64,000 nucleotides of DNA from assembly GCF_009914755.1 (NCBI RefSeq), contig NC_060927.1. One strand, 5' to 3'. The notes under the pieces are model-generated. The model did no database searches and was not told where the DNA came from. It worked only from the letters and a program-made list of their open reading frames with translations. Origin of the DNA: the human T2T-CHM13v2.0 reference genome, Homo sapiens. This document shows, in pieces, positions 1-55,092 of the stretch (positions are counted from its first letter, which is position 1; each line of letters starts with the position of its first letter). The position numbers were made by a program, and so were the translations under genes.

Positions 1-980
1 TTGTATCTCAGAAATTACCTCAAGTATATAGAAATACTCCTTATTCATTTGCTATGGCTGTGTAGATATGCAATCATTTATTCAACTAAAATTCTATCGA
101 GGGCATTTATGTTTTGTTCTTTTGCCATTAAAAGTAATGCTGTTATGGATAATGTTATGCATATGTTTGGTTTTTTTGCTAGTGTTATCTTTGGGATATA
201 TTCTTATAGGTGAGATTTGGGATATATTCTTATAAGTGAGATTACTGGGTTGAGTGATAAATGCATAAATGTAGTTTTTCTATATTTGTCATTGTCAAAT
301 TGCTCTCTGTAGGGGCAGTGACATGTTGCACCCCTGTCAGTAGTGTATGAATGAATGTTTCCCCATAGCACTGCCAGTAGAGGACTTTTGCCAATCTCCT
401 ACATGAAAAATGGTATCTCAGTGTAGTTTTACATTTGGATTTCTCTCATTATGAGTAAAGTTTAACAGTTTTTCTTGTGTTTGTTTCTGTGAACTGTCTG
501 CTCATATCTGAACCATTTTTTTCTATAAGTTATATTAACACTTTGTTATACAAGGTACAATTTTTTTTCTCACTTTGTTGATTGTCTTTTTATTTTGCTG
601 CTGGTGTTTTGCTCCATGCAGAAACTATTGTACAATCAGATTTATCAGTCTTTCCCTATGATTTCTGGTTTTTCAGTTTTTTCCATTACCAGCTTATAAA
701 GAAATTTCCTCATGTTTTCCTCTACTACTGAATGGTTTCTTTTTTAAGAATATTAAATCAGATTATTTTGTAGTTTATTCTGGTATGTGGTGTCAAGAAT
801 AGATTAATTTTTGTCTTTTTTCAAATAATTATTCAGTTATCCTAGTATCATTTATTGAAAAGTTTGTCTATTTCCCACTGATTTGAGATGCTCCTTTTAT
901 TGAACACTAAATTTCCACATGCTATTCAATTTTATTCTGTATTTTCTGTTATGTTCCATTGGCCTTTCTTCTGTTCATAC
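1..980 (-). mobile_element. old L1M LINE fragment
   Basis: Degenerate antisense L1 3' motifs (aaatggtatctca, tctggtatgtggtgtc, catttattgaaaag). Confidence 0.65.
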
Positions 981-1497
981 ATGTTTTGGGGACATTTAGA
1001 ATAATTGAAAATATCAAGATTCTTCTGAGCTTTCTTTATATCAAGATTCTTCTGAGCTTTCCTTAATGCCACTTGTCAGTAGATATTGCTGCTTCAACTT
1101 CTAATACTCATGTTTTTGGTGATTTGAAAAATATTTATATTCACTGAATTAAATCATCATGCCTTGGAAACTTGGTAAACATTACTAGCAAAATATGTTT
1201 TCATATAGTCAGTTGTCATATAATTTGATGCTTGAGTTGTCTCTAGACAAATTTACTAATTAATCTATACTTAGGGGTTCTTTTCTAGTTCTGCAAATTG
1301 CCGGTAGAGGAGCAAAGCCTCTCTTGGTTTCATTAATTAATACTTAATATCTTCTAAAGATTAGACGTTATTACTTGTTAGGACTGCTTAACCTGGGAAG
1401 GGAGGGTTTTCGTCCATATTATTCCTTGATGAATTTAGCCTTGTGTACATTAACAATTTTTGTATTGTGTAATATTAATATTTTCATGTGTATTTAG

Positions 1498-41848
<40,351 letters not shown>

Positions 41849-42218
41849 CGTAAATTTTTAAGATGCTGTCACTTATTGGAAATGCGATTTGTTTTGTGCC
41901 TGAACGGTCTGTTTTTTAAAAAAACAAAAAATCAAATGAAAGAGCATTCCTGGGGTTTTTTGTTTGTTTGTGTATGCATGTGTAAACTCATGAGCAACTG
42001 CATCTGTAGATCTGTCATTGTTTTATATTGTGTAAATTACTTTCATTGTGGCTATTTCTCAAGATGAAATTTTTATTGTTCTAATGGATTTCATCAGAAA
42101 TGTGTATAATGGATCTGCTGACAGTAGTAGTATTTTGTTTTAGGATGTTGTGACTTAGCAAAAATAATACAGATGTCTTCCCCCCTTTTGTAGCTTTGAC
42201 AATTTGAATTAGATTTCA

Positions 42219-42224
42219 AATAAA
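42219..42224 (+). terminator. proximal polyadenylation signal AATAAA
   Basis: AATAAA followed ~20 nt later by tgttgttttttt GU/U-rich element; TGTA upstream. Confidence 0.55.
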
Positions 42225-45200
42225 ATCTGAACAGAAAACTATAATGTTGTTTTTTTGCCCCACCGGTGATATTAAGTCCCTTAAAGTCCTACTGAGTTTC
42301 ACACTACTGTTGTGCTTCTTATACCTGATGCACTTTATAAGCCCCAGTGTTCAAGTAGCTTAAGTTTTATATTTACTAAGATGACTATCCAAATTAAGGG
42401 ACCTGAGACTCCTATTTGGTGGTTTGCTAACCATTTGCTTTTGATAAGTTTCTCTTGGGTAATACTAATACCCAGATATCAAAGACTAGGTAGATATGGC
42501 ATGGCGTTTTGTTAGTGGAATGCCTGGCTAAAACATTTTTTTCACAGAAGCAATATGATTTCCATACATCCAACCCATGTTCTGAGCAACTACTTACTTT
42601 TAGGGGGAAATTAAATATCTTTTCATTTCCTCTTCTATTATGAAAGAAGTTTATTTGTAAAACAAATTTTCTAACAAGGTTTGGCCATAGAATTCTCTTG
42701 TATGATCGTTGACCTTTTATAATCTTCTGTAGGCTATCTTTCAAACACTGGCATCAGAATATTTTTTATAAGTTTGTGTTTAAACAGCTTAGTTGGTCCC
42801 CCCCCACTCCCAAGAGACTTGGGTTTAGTTATAGCTTTAAGTAAAATTTAAAAATAAAATGTTTTTCAGGAAACTTCGTATCTAATGGTTTGTAAATTCA
42901 AGGTGCAAAAAGTTGATTTAAACCATTTGCAGAGTTGAACTCTATTATGAAAATAAATTTGCTACGGTATGAGGAAGAAATAAAACTTGTGTAATGTTGG
43001 TCATAATACTGCTATAAATATAATAAAGGGTTATGTAGAATTGAACTGACACTATTATTTGTGAATCTTGATTTCAGTTTTTTATGTAGGCACTTCATAC
43101 ACTGGTTTGATGGGTTTTTTTTTTCCTCCCTAAAAGAGAAAGTAGAAAACTATTCTAACAATGGATTATTTTGATTTAGCTTGCTTTTTAAAAAAATCTT
43201 TTCAACTTGTTTTACTTAATCTTGCCTAGTCACAAAATAAGATGTGCACCCATGGTTTGGAGAGTTCCTATATTAGCTGAGCAGTGAGATACACTATTTC
43301 CAAACGGTGCACACCTACAGTAGCTTTGGAAATGAGCCAATCACTGTTTTACTTAATGGTTCTTATCAGCATGCAAATATTGCTTGAAAGTTATTTCCTT
43401 ATTCACTGTTTTGTTAGTCCATTTTGTTAGGAAACATTAATTCCTAAAAATTTGTTCAGAATAATTAAAAGTGAACATTTGGTGCTGATACTCAAAAACC
43501 TACAAATGTAGCCATTTAAAAAGTAACATGTTTTTCTCCCCTGCTCATTGCCTGGGAGAATGGAATTTTATATAACTACCTTTCTTTGCAAAAATAACGG
43601 TCGTGTCGAGTTGGTGGTGATTTTGGCATTCCATCTTGCACTGGTTTCTAGTATAGGCTTAGAAATAATTGGTCAGGTAATAATCTTTCCAGTCAAGTTG
43701 CAAGGGATGCTTATTTCTCTTCAAAAAAAGACATCCTGCGGGATTGAGTAGAAAATTTTAGGTCAGTTTTGGGTGCTTATTTGTAATATTTTTCCTACTA
43801 CATTGGAGTTTAGCAGTTCTTTTTTTCTGGATCCAGATACAAGTGTCATGGTTTATCTTACAGTGGGTGAAACTGACTTTCTTTTGGTTGGGTGGGTGAG
43901 GATTTCTTAGGCCTGATAGAATATATATTCTGTGAAGTTTGTTAATGTACATATTAGATTGTATTGGATTTTTTTTTCTTGAATTGCAAATGGTATTATT
44001 AGATAGGTTATTTCCAGTTTTACTTCATGACAAATTACCTAGAGTAAACCTACTTAATACTCCCATGGATTCTATGAAAGTTTAATGGGATCAGAAATTG
44101 GTGACTTATAAGGGGGAAGATATTCTACCATATTTTTATAATAGCTTATTATTCATGTTTCTTGTCTGAAGGACACTCAAGTTACAGAGCAAAATTTCTA
44201 TAGGTTGACTAGAATGTTCATAAGCATGGTCTTCCAGTTGCAGGAAAGATCATGTTCTATCTGTGGACACTTACTGTCCTCTACCACAGCTACGTGCCAG
44301 AGTTGTTTTCCACAGTTCTTATAAAGGGCATGACTTAGGCTCTTTACCCTCCAACTTAATGTTTATACACAGGGATTGTTTACTAGGTTAATGACATTTA
44401 ACTCCCCTCTCTTCTGTAGGTGAGAGAAAATAAGTAAGTCTTGATCTGTTTCTTACCAAAGAGAGACAGACCTATGATGGAAAATGATCACGTCTCTGAA
44501 TTTTTTCTTTAACGTTATAGTTCCTTATTACAGATAGTAAGCATATGGGAATTTCTGAGCTATAACATGTTGAGAAGTTAGAAATTAAAACTAACACAAC
44601 AAAAGGCGCTGAATCAAAAGATCTTTGCTTTTATTTGGCTCAGAATGTTTTTGGCTTTTCTGCTAAAGATGGCAGAAATTACTCTACACAGACCTGATTT
44701 TTCTTTATTGCAGACCATTCTTGTGGGCTTACCCTGAGACTTTTATCCCAATTAGTGAATCTTGGAGGGAATACTTGCTTATTTATGACTTAGGTATTTC
44801 CCCCCAAACTTTAATATTCTTGAGCACTTGAAAATACTTTTGAGAAATTTTAACTGTGATTAAATTTAGGTTTATTAGAAATATTCTGTACACATTTGCC
44901 TCCATGGTGGCGTAAGTTCTGAAAAATTATATGACCGTGACAATAGTTTATCATCATCATTATTGTTATTCAAAATAAGGGTAAATAAATCTCTGTATTG
45001 CCAAAGTGACTTAAACTGTTCTGATGACCACACAGTGTGATTTCTTTAGCAGAGAAAGTTGGTTTTAAAAATAAATAGTACCACTTTTCTAAGACTGTAC
45101 AGTTTACAAATAAGGTTTTTTTCTTTGTTGTTTTCCTCTTCTATTAAGTTTTAGTGAAAAGCCTAATTACAGAAAATTGTGCAGATACTAGTGAAGATAC

Positions 45201-45916
45201 TAGTATAAGTTTAAAGGAACACGTGACTGTAAAATCTCACATTTACAAAGTGCTTGATCTCTTCATATTTCACACGCATGTTTTAGAATAGATTTTAGGG
45301 AGTGTTTAATTCATTATCCTTTTGACTTAAAATTTTTGTTACCAACTTCCTAGGACTTAGATAATATATAAATAAGTACAAATCCCAGGGGAAGTGTTGT
45401 GATGCTAGACTAAAAGGTGGGAATGTGCTGCTGTTCCGTGAGCCTTGTTCCATTGTTGAAAATTTGATGCCTCAGTGTTTATTCAGTACCACCTCATGGA
45501 GCTTCAATGTAAATGGATTATATGTATAATTGGTAATTTGTATAGTTTTGTAGATTGTAGATTAAATGCACTCATCATGTCACATGTAATTGTGCTTGGA
45601 GTATTTGTGTTTTATTCTTTTACTTCAACGGGTTCTTGTCTGTTACATCTCTGGTGATTTGAAATATCAGGAAAGACAGTTTGTCAGAAATGAGAATAAT
45701 ATAGTTGAAATCAGTTGGGCTAAAATATTCTACAGCAAGACAATTTCTTTTGGGTGAACTGATTCTATAATTTACTTACTTTTAATGTAAGGATTAGATT
45801 TATTGTTGAGCTGCTTTCCAGATCAGACTGTCACTTTATAGTTTTTCTACATAAAGATTATATAGTTGCAAACAAAGGTTGTGAAATTTCCCTTTTGTTG
45901 TTTTTGACTTTTAATT

Positions 45917-45922
45917 AATAAA
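45917..45922 (+). terminator. distal polyadenylation signal AATAAA
   Basis: AATAAA with U-rich upstream sequence and U/GU-rich sequence downstream (ttttctccatattgttttt). Confidence 0.7.
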
Positions 45923-46364
45923 AGTACATTGTTTTCATAGCAAACTTAGACTGTCCATGTAATTTTCTCCATATTGTTTTTCCGATGCAAGCCCAGTTAA
46001 TAATTAGTTTTTTAGCAGCTTTCTCTCAAGTGAAATAAGTGATGTGACATGTTTATCAGTTATGGCTAAAATGTTACACTTTACATGTTTAAACTATAAT
46101 CATATGTTTTCATGCTAGATGGTTCTCTTGGTTAGGAAAGTTCATTTCCTTATTGGTTTCCTTTTTTAAAAGTTATTTTATTCTGTTTAATTGAGGAAAA
46201 TTTTAAACATTCTACAAAAGTAAAATAGTACAGTGAACCTTACATACCATAAACATGCAGATAACAACTTACATGTATCTCTAAATACTTTGTTTTTAAA
46301 ACATACCTGCAGTGTCATTGTCACATTAACAAATCATTGGGTCCTTTTAAAAAATGACATTTAG

Positions 46365-46690
46365 TTATTTTAATTGTGAGAAGATGCTCATAACAAAATT
46401 TACCTCTTAACAAAGTGGTGTTAGGTATACTCATATGATTACGCAATTTCCAGAACTTTTTTTGTGTTGCAAAATTGAAACTCTGTACCCATTAAACAAC
46501 TCATTTCCCTCTTCCTCCCCTGTCTCTCAGTATCATCATTCTACTTTCTGTTTCTGAATTTGACTACTCTAGATACAACATATAAGTGAAATCATACAGT
46601 ATTTGTCTTTTTTTGCGACTGTTTTATTTCACTTGGCATAATATCCTCGAGGTTCATCCATATTATAGCATGTATATTGTTTCCTTTACA
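46365..46690 (-). mobile_element. L1M 3' fragment
   Basis: gaaactctgtacccattaaacaactc; aagtgaaatcatacagtatttgtc. Confidence 0.75.
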
Positions 46691-48331
46691 AAGCCCACTT
46701 TTTCTTTAAGTTTCCATATTATGGAATTTGAAAATGATTTAGCCCAAATGGTTCATTAGTATTTTCTATTTTGAGTAAAAACTTCAAAAGAGAACATGTA
46801 ATACCAAGTGTATATGCCAACTACTCCACTTTCTTTATTTTTTAACCGTCTTCACTACTTTTTGTGCTCTCTGTTCTCTTTAATGGTTACATATGATGTA
46901 CTTTGATATCAACACTTCATAGCATGGGGTAAAAAATACACTTTTGAAGCAAACTGATTTTGATATTTTAGTGGATTAGTACTATTGATGACCATACTTG
47001 AATGCTTTTTTAGTTTTATGTATTGCCCGATGAAAAGAAAACTTAAAATTTTGACATGTAGTAAACTCACTGATTATTCATTTTGTCACAGAGAAAGGAA
47101 AAATAGCTTTTTAAATTTTTTTTCAAGTTATTTTCTCTCATCCTTAGGAAACATAGTGTGTCGAACTGTTTTAGAATAAATAACTTACTTTTGATTTTCA
47201 AACGAGATGTGGCATGGCACAATGGTGAAGGAAGAGGAAAGGCCTGGGCCGTGAAGTCATATTTGGATTTGTGTATCAGCTATTCCCTTTTATCACCTAG
47301 AAGGAGGGGATATTAACCTTGAATGGTTATTGAAAGGATGAAATCACATGTATATCACTGGCACAGGGTTGTCATACAGTGGTGCTTAGATAAATATTCA
47401 TTATTCCTGAGAACTAATGGTGGGAACATCTTATAACTAAAACAAGATAAAGAATAACAGTATAATTCCATAGCACTGATACCTTTACAAGATTTCCTTA
47501 TACTTGATTTGTATTCAGTTAACAGATTTTATAAATAAAGTTGGTGATATGTTGGCATATTTATTGCATATGGAATACCACTTCATAATCTGCTTTCCCA
47601 GTGTTTTAGATGACATTTAATTCTTGATCTCCTATGAGAAAAACTATTAAATAGATTTTAAAATATACTTTTTATTAGTTGTCATTTATTATTGTGAATT
47701 CCCCTAACCAAAGTTCCTGGAAGGAGGAATCCCATAAAGGAAAATCTAAATGTAAACAGCTGAAATAGGGGATATGTGGAAAAAGCCTGGAGAATAGTAT
47801 AAAGTGTGATGAAGCACTGGATTCTTTGTCAAAGTTCAAAGTAAAAGAAAAACCTGTACAATTATCAGAGCAGAGCAGCAGTATGCAGTTTTCACAAAAT
47901 GGGTGGACAGAAAACAATCCTGTAAGAATTAAGAAGAGGGCTAGTATTATGAGTACAACTGAACTCCTGTGTTTTGTGTATGTTTGCAAGTTACAGTTTG
48001 TATTTTCAGATTATTCAAGAATAAGAAATGTACCCTAAAATTACTTTTAGAGTAGAGTTCAAACCATACGGAATTTGGAAAGGAAATTACAGTTTAAATT
48101 CAATTCAGAAATTAACCGCTTTGTAGTAACGTCCTCAGGACACATCAAGTTCTTTGGAGTTCTCACAACTGCACAAATGTAAATCTGGAAGAGCACAACT
48201 TTGATTAGAAATACTCTTTCGTCCTCCAAATAGCTGAAACATTGTCTTTGGAAAGAATAAGCACCTTGCTATATAGTTTGGCTACCTAGGCCACTAAATA
48301 TTCTTATTACATGAGGGTGGTATTAGATGAT

Positions 48332-48708
48332 TGATATGGTTTCGATGTTTATTCCCTCCAAATCTCATGTTGAAATGTAATATTCCCAGTGTTGGAGGTG
48401 GGGCCTGGTGGGAGGTGTTTGGATCATTGAGGCAGATCCCTCATGATTGGCTTGGTGTGGTAGTTCACATGAGATCTGGGGGGAGCGTAGCACCTCCCCC
48501 ATCTCTCTTGTTCCTGCTGTTCCCATGCAATATGCCTGTTCTCCCTTTACCTTCCACCATGACTAAGCTTCCTGAGGCCCTCACCAGAAGCAGATGTCAG
48601 CACCATGCTTCCCATACAGCATGCAAAACCGTGAACCAAAATAAACCTCTTTGTTTATAATTTGCCCAGCCTTGGGTATTTCTTTAGAGCAATGCAAAAT
48701 GACCTAAT
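48332..48708 (+). mobile_element. MST (ERVL-MaLR) solo LTR
   Basis: tgatatggttt...aatctcatgttgaaatgtaa...ccaaaataaacctctttgtttataa. Confidence 0.85.
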
Positions 48709-50619
48709 TGTTTTTGTTTCAGCATATTTTGTTTTATTGCACTGTGCAATAGCTACTGGATGTGAGGGGTTTATTAAAAACTTCTAGAAAAATGCTTTTC
48801 AGATGGCTTTTGGCCGTGCTAACATTTTAATAAAGGATCTGTCATATCCTTCTAGAAACGTAAGCAGTCTCTCTCACAGGATGTAGAAAGGTATCAAAAG
48901 CCAAAAAACATTCTATGTAGCTATTTTATATTTTCTAATCACAATAACATTTAGCTAACATGAACTTAAACTGTAAATTTCAAAGTTACATATTATGTAT
49001 AGCTTACATATTTCATAGGATGCTTATCCTCAACTTTGGATACATCTTATCTGAAGAATGTGTTCTCCCCAGAAAAATACGTAGCATGTCTAATTCTGTG
49101 CCAAATACTATATATGTGTAAGTTCCACAAAGCAAAAATATCAAGTATTTCTCAAGAGACATTTACATCTAAAAATACTGTTTTAATTCTGAATTGATTG
49201 CCCTGAAAGCATGTGTAATTTGCCTTAAATATTAGGTAGGTTAGAGAAAGTCTTTAAGCAGGGACTGATCTTTGTGCTTGTTTGTTCTCATGACTGACAT
49301 GACCTGGAACTTGTAAAAACTCAGAATATTCTTTATTTGCATGTATTTTGTAATAAAAGTATTATTTATCTTGCCTATTATGTAATAAAACCATGACTAA
49401 TAATGTATGAAGAATGAGAGAACAGTTTGGTGTTAAGGTAAAGAATTACTGTCCACTGTATATTTCAGAGCCTATAATGCCATTCATAAGTTGCAGAACT
49501 CAACTGTCTAGGTGAGTTTAGTGTATTTCTAGAATAGTTTATCTTAAAATATTCTTCATGGTGAACAATCAGCATATATACTGATATTGTCCTCCCAGTG
49601 AGTGATTCTCTTCAAGTGCCATAGTGAAATTCAAAATATTAGCTACACAATCACCACTTCGTAGCTTTCCTTGTATCTCACATGTCCATATATAACTTAG
49701 ATTATAGGGAAAAAGCCTTCAAGCTATTTTAGTGCCCAAGTGTACTCATACATACCCTTCTTTATTCCACACTTGGGCCCTTTGTCAAGAGTCCTTGCAT
49801 AGCACCCACTTGATATGTCCTTGCATAGCACCCACTGGACATCCAAGGACCCTTGAGGGCCTTGCAAAGCTTATGACTTATGACTGTATGGAACATGGTT
49901 TACCTCTGGTGAAACAGACCGTTTTGATGAAAATAGAGGAGGATGTAATAAACTTTTGAAGAAAATAGAGGACTTGCCCTGGCCTACTTGCCTCTTCTGA
50001 TTGCCTTGCAATGCATTTATTCTCCACTTTCTCTGCAACGTTTAGTTCTTTCCTTGCAGAGTGTTGGAGACAAGGTAAACGTGATCAGCTGCCTGGTCTT
50101 GGGTAAGGTGGTATTTTCTCTCTGTTAAATTTGTACAGATTCTTACGTTTGACTGAAACACTGCCCAATGCAAAAAGAAAGACTGGGGCAAAGAGATGAA
50201 ATATTAGATATAATTACTTTCATAATCTTATATGTAAATAAATCTAGTTGCCAAACCTCAGGATCTTTGAGTTCTTCGGTTATTTTTTGTGGAATGTGAT
50301 TTCCGTAGATTAATTTTGGACCTTGATCATCTTTAATGAATCTAGATGAGCTCATACAGAGCTTGAAAAGACAAAGTTCACAAAAGCAGAGTGCCTCTTT
50401 GAAAACCTGGCTTTTTGTTTTGCGTGGCCCAGCGGGACTTGCCCAACCATAGAACAAAATACCTGGACTCCAGAGATCCAAAGACTCCCTTCAGCCTTCA
50501 ACCATTGCAAGGCAATCACTTCCCAGCTGTGTGGTCTCAGTCACGATGTTTAACCAAGGCCTTTTGAGCCCATTTCCTCATTTGCAGCGTGAGCATGCCA
50601 TCTATTTTACAGGATTCTT

Positions 50620-51145
50620 CAACAAGTTGAGCATCTACTATGCACAGGCACTGGGGAAATACAGTGATGAATAGAACAGACAAGGTCCTTATGTCTTGGG
50701 ACTTACATACAAATGGGAGGAATCAGACAAAAATTTGAACAAGATAATTTCAGATGGTAAAATGTACTGAAAAACAGGGTAGTAGGATAGAAAGTGAGGG
50801 AGGGGTACCTTTCTTAGATAGGGTAGTCAAGGAGAAACACTGGTGGTGAGGTTGAGTAAGAAGGTAGAGCTGGCTGTGTGAAGATAGAGCACCAAGTGTT
50901 CCAGGCCGAAGGTGCTGGAAGTTAGAATGTTTAGAGGGAGACCATGTTGGCGTGTTGAGAAATGGAAAGCAGTCAGTGGAGTTCAAGTGCAGTGAGGAAA
51001 GGATGGTGTGGTATGAGATGAGGTTAGGTAGGGCTTGACAGGTTTAAGCAAGGGAGTGAGTGACCTGATGTAGTTTCAAAAGACACTTCAGCTGCTGTGC
51101 AGAGACAGAATGGGAGAAGGACAAGAGAAACAGGGAAATGAGTTA
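50620..51145 (+). mobile_element. L2 LINE fragment
   Basis: ttgagcatctactatgcacaggcactgggg...gaatagaacagacaaggtcc; orientation call uncertain. Confidence 0.6.
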
Positions 51146-54100
51146 GGAGGTTCTTGGCTGGGAAGATTAAATGGGATTATATAAATACAGTATCTAGCAT
51201 GCCCCAAGCACATAGCAGCTCTCTAATAAATAATTTAACTCCTCATTTCCTTGGATCTTGTGATTCCTTTCCCTGCAACAGAGGTTGTATTCACCTTAAG
51301 ATTAGCTTCACTTCAGTGCTGTTATACAGAAATCAAACCAGTAGATGATCAGGACATAGCACTCCTGTTGCTCTTAGGCTGGTATAGGAGGAAATTATAA
51401 ATTGTGTTGACTACAGAAGCGTTAAAGCATTAAAGAATGCTTCTGTAGTCACTGGCACAACTACCTACTGCACTGTAGAGTGTTAATAGATGTTACTTGG
51501 AAAAAGGAGTTGTGTGATAAACTAAATTGGGAAATCCTGGGCTAAATTGGCTTTTTTATAGCAGTGCTTCTCAGAACCTTGAGTATGTACTGTGTATACC
51601 CAGGCGGGAGACATTACGTATTTTCCAAACGTAACTCAACTCAGAGGTCTAAGGTTCCACAAACATACTTTCGAAAACACTTTAGAACTGGGATTGGGCA
51701 GCTTTGTTTTTCAGAGTCTGATGATGTAATTAATGGGTTGGTTAGGTGTGTCAGGGTCTTTTGGTACAAACAACAGAGACCATCTGTAGCTAAATCAGGA
51801 AAAGAGTTCAGTGGAAGCCTATGGAGGCTCAGAGAATTGACAGTGCATCTGGAAGGCCAGATGTAGGAATCAGCAGGACAGGAGACAGTGGCAGGACAAG
51901 GAAGCCAGAATCACAGATGGGGGCAGTCTGGCCAGGCTTCAACCTTCAGCCTCTCTATCCATCTGCTGGAGGTTCCAGTTCTAGGAAGGCGGCACTTGAT
52001 GGACCTAGCCTTTTGTGTTATAAACTTTTACAAAATGTAACTTTAATGACTACAAATGATCATTTACTGTAGGTTACTTTGCCAAGACCCTGTTGTTAGA
52101 AATTGGGTTGTTTCTATTTTTTTCTTTTCTAAGTAATGCCGTGATGAACATCACTTTGCATAACATTTTTGTTTTCATTCATTTAAAAATTATTGGAATT
52201 GTTGGGTCAAAGAATATAAACATTTCAAAGCTCATGTGATGCATGTTGCCAACTTGCCTTCCAAAAATGGACTATTTTTGACTTCTTCTAATGTTGGGGA
52301 ATGGGTGCTTTGCTGCACCTTTGCCAGCACTGGGAATTTATGACATGTCATTTTAAAAAGTAATTCAAATTGGATGCAATTACTTGCTCCCAGCTGGGAA
52401 TATTTCTGGGATCTATAAAACAGGGAAATTTTGGCAGGCTATAAAGATGACTGAAGTAACTGGTCTAGTCATCTGAAGAAATTTGTGAGTCTAAAGCAAT
52501 CCCACCTGCCTCTTATGCCATACTGTGTGGCAGCCTTGTCCCTAGATCATAGATTGCTTTTGACAACCAAGATAGAAGGCCGAAGACTCCCAGTATGAAT
52601 CTATTGTAACTGAGTTTTTTAAATAAGTCTCTATGCTATTTTTAGAAAAGAAATTGTATAATATAAACTTAAATGTAAGTCTTTGCGTATCTTCAGCTGT
52701 TTTCAGTTTTTATGTGTAATTTTGCCAGGTTAGTGTTTGTTTGCTGGCATATGGTCATGGGGAAACTTCTCCTCCCCTGTGACTCTTGAGCTGGAATGCT
52801 GTGGGATCCTCCTGCACTGGAAGTTAATCCGAAACTGGACCTTAATGTTCTTGTCCTCTAAATCTTATCTTGTGAATCATACTTCTCCTAAGCTTCCCAC
52901 TCCCATCATCATGGGTGATGAGACACCTCCTACCTTCTGGGCCAAGGAGGAGCCGGGGCTTTTGATGGGGGTTTGCCCCTTTCCCAACAAGGGTCAGGTT
53001 AGGAGTGAACCTCCCTTAAGCCTCTACTCCGTCACCAAAGGTCAAGAAGAGAGACCTTCACTAATTAAAAACTGGTCATGAGAAAACCACAGACACCTAG
53101 CCCTCCCTCCTCTCCTTTCCCTTCTCTCAGCTTCTCACAACCTCTCCTATGTCATTTTCCTACATTTGACCAAGGATAACCCAGTCCTTCATCCCAGGTC
53201 ATGCCAGTTATCACGAGAAGCCCAGACTCACAGGTTACCCCTCACCTCCGACATTCTCATGTCCTGTTCTTAGCAAAATTCTTCCTATCTTCATCCTCTT
53301 TTCTGAATGTTCCTATTACCTTCTGGTGTGATATCTGGACTCTGAAGTTTGGAGGACACCTGGGGAAGGTTTGTGGCCTCCATGTATAATCTCGTTTGGA
53401 AGTTTTAAGTTTGCATTCCCATGTGCAGGTGCAGCTAAAAGGCTCCCTCCCTTTCCGCAGTAGACATTGAGGTCTTCATGGATCAGGTAGCCCCATGCGC
53501 CTATGATTTCAAGGGTGATGAAAGATCCTAGACAACTTCCAGGGCATTTTCTGGACACATGCGTTTAAACTGGGTCAAAGCATCATGTTACCCAACAGGA
53601 ATACATTCAGGCACTAATGCATTTGCATTCAAAAGGCAGCCTATTATCTCGAGAACGACCCTGGATCAGAGTCAGGCAACTTGGCTTCTTGCATGAACTG
53701 GCTGTAGGAGCTTGGGCAATTTACTGTCCTTGTACCTGAGTTTCCTTGAGTCAAATCACTGTTTCCCAGACACCAGTCCACCGACCAGCTACATCAGAAT
53801 GTTATGGGGGGCTCTCAGAACTCAGACTGCCAGTCCCTACCTCTGAGATTCTGGTTCAGCAGGTCAGGGCCTAGGACCTGATGTATATATATTTTCTTTT
53901 AATTATGGAAAATTCAAACATATACAAAAGTAGAAAGACTAGTATAACATGACATGCACAGCCACTTTAATTTGTACTAAAATTCCATACATAATTTTAA
54001 TTGTACATATTTTTGTATGTTTCTGTATAAGACATGGACTTTAGTGGCTACTTAATATCATGAAAAATCCTGATATTCTGAAATCTACAATTGTCTTACA

Positions 54101-54794
54101 AGGTTTTTTTGTTTGTTTTTGTTTTTGTTTTCAGTTTGCTTGAAGTCTTTCAAATGAAGTTCATGCATTATGATTAGTTAATATATCTCTTAAGTGACTT
54201 TTAAGCTATTGATGTCCCTCAGTTTCATTTTTTCCCCTTTAAACTTGTTACAGAGACTTGGTGGTTTGTCCACGAGACTTTCCCACAGTCTGGATTCTGC
54301 TGAACACCACAACCACCGCCCGCCTCCCCAAGTTTATTTTCTGTAGATCAGTAATTTAATCTAGAGGTTTGATCAGATTTAGTTCAAAAATTGTGGCACG
54401 TCTACTTCATAGATGAAAGCACTTCTTTCAGGGCCACATAATGTCTGCTTGTGTCTCTTTGTGACATTTGCAGCCATTGATCATCATTGCCTGAGTTCTC
54501 CAATTCATTAGGGTCACAACTGGTGATTCCTAAATTTATCATTTCTTTTTCACTTATAACTTGAGATAATATAGAGAAACTTCCTCACCTACTATTGACT
54601 TACTCCACAGTACAGTTCATATAAGAAAGGCAGCCTCAATGCTTGATTTTTTCCTTTATTTTCCAGTTTTCAATGTCACTTTCATGCTGGGATATTATTA
54701 CCATTCTCTAAAGTGACCACTAAAGTTTTATTATTATTTTTAGTATTATTACAACCTCATGGATTTTATACTGATGTGCTTTATCCATCACAAT

Positions 54795-55092
54795 TTTTTT
54801 TTTTTTTTTTTGAGACGGAGTTTCTCTTTTGTTGCCCAGGCTGGAAGGCAGTGGTGCAATCTTGGCTCACTGCAACCTCCGCCTCCCGAGTTCAAGCGAT
54901 TCTGCTGCCTCAGGCTCTTGAACAGTTGGGATTACAGGCATGTGCCACCATGCCTGGCTAATTTTGTATTTTTAGTAGAGACGGGGTTTCTCCGTGTCAG
55001 TCAGGCTGGTCTTGAACTCCCAACCTCAGGTGATCCACCCACCTTGGCCTCCCAAAGTACTGGGATTACAGGTGTGAGCTACCGCGTCCGGC
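54795..55092 (-). mobile_element. AluSp-like within old L1
   Basis: TSD atccatcacaattttt on both sides. Confidence 0.92.

Larger units (their letters stand above)
41849..45940 (+). other. U2SURP: U2SURP long 3' UTR (~4.1 kb)
   Basis: U-rich stretch with no recognisable interspersed repeat after the stop, ending at AATAAA 45917; repeats resume after ~46150; exact cleavage site inferred. Confidence 0.8.
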
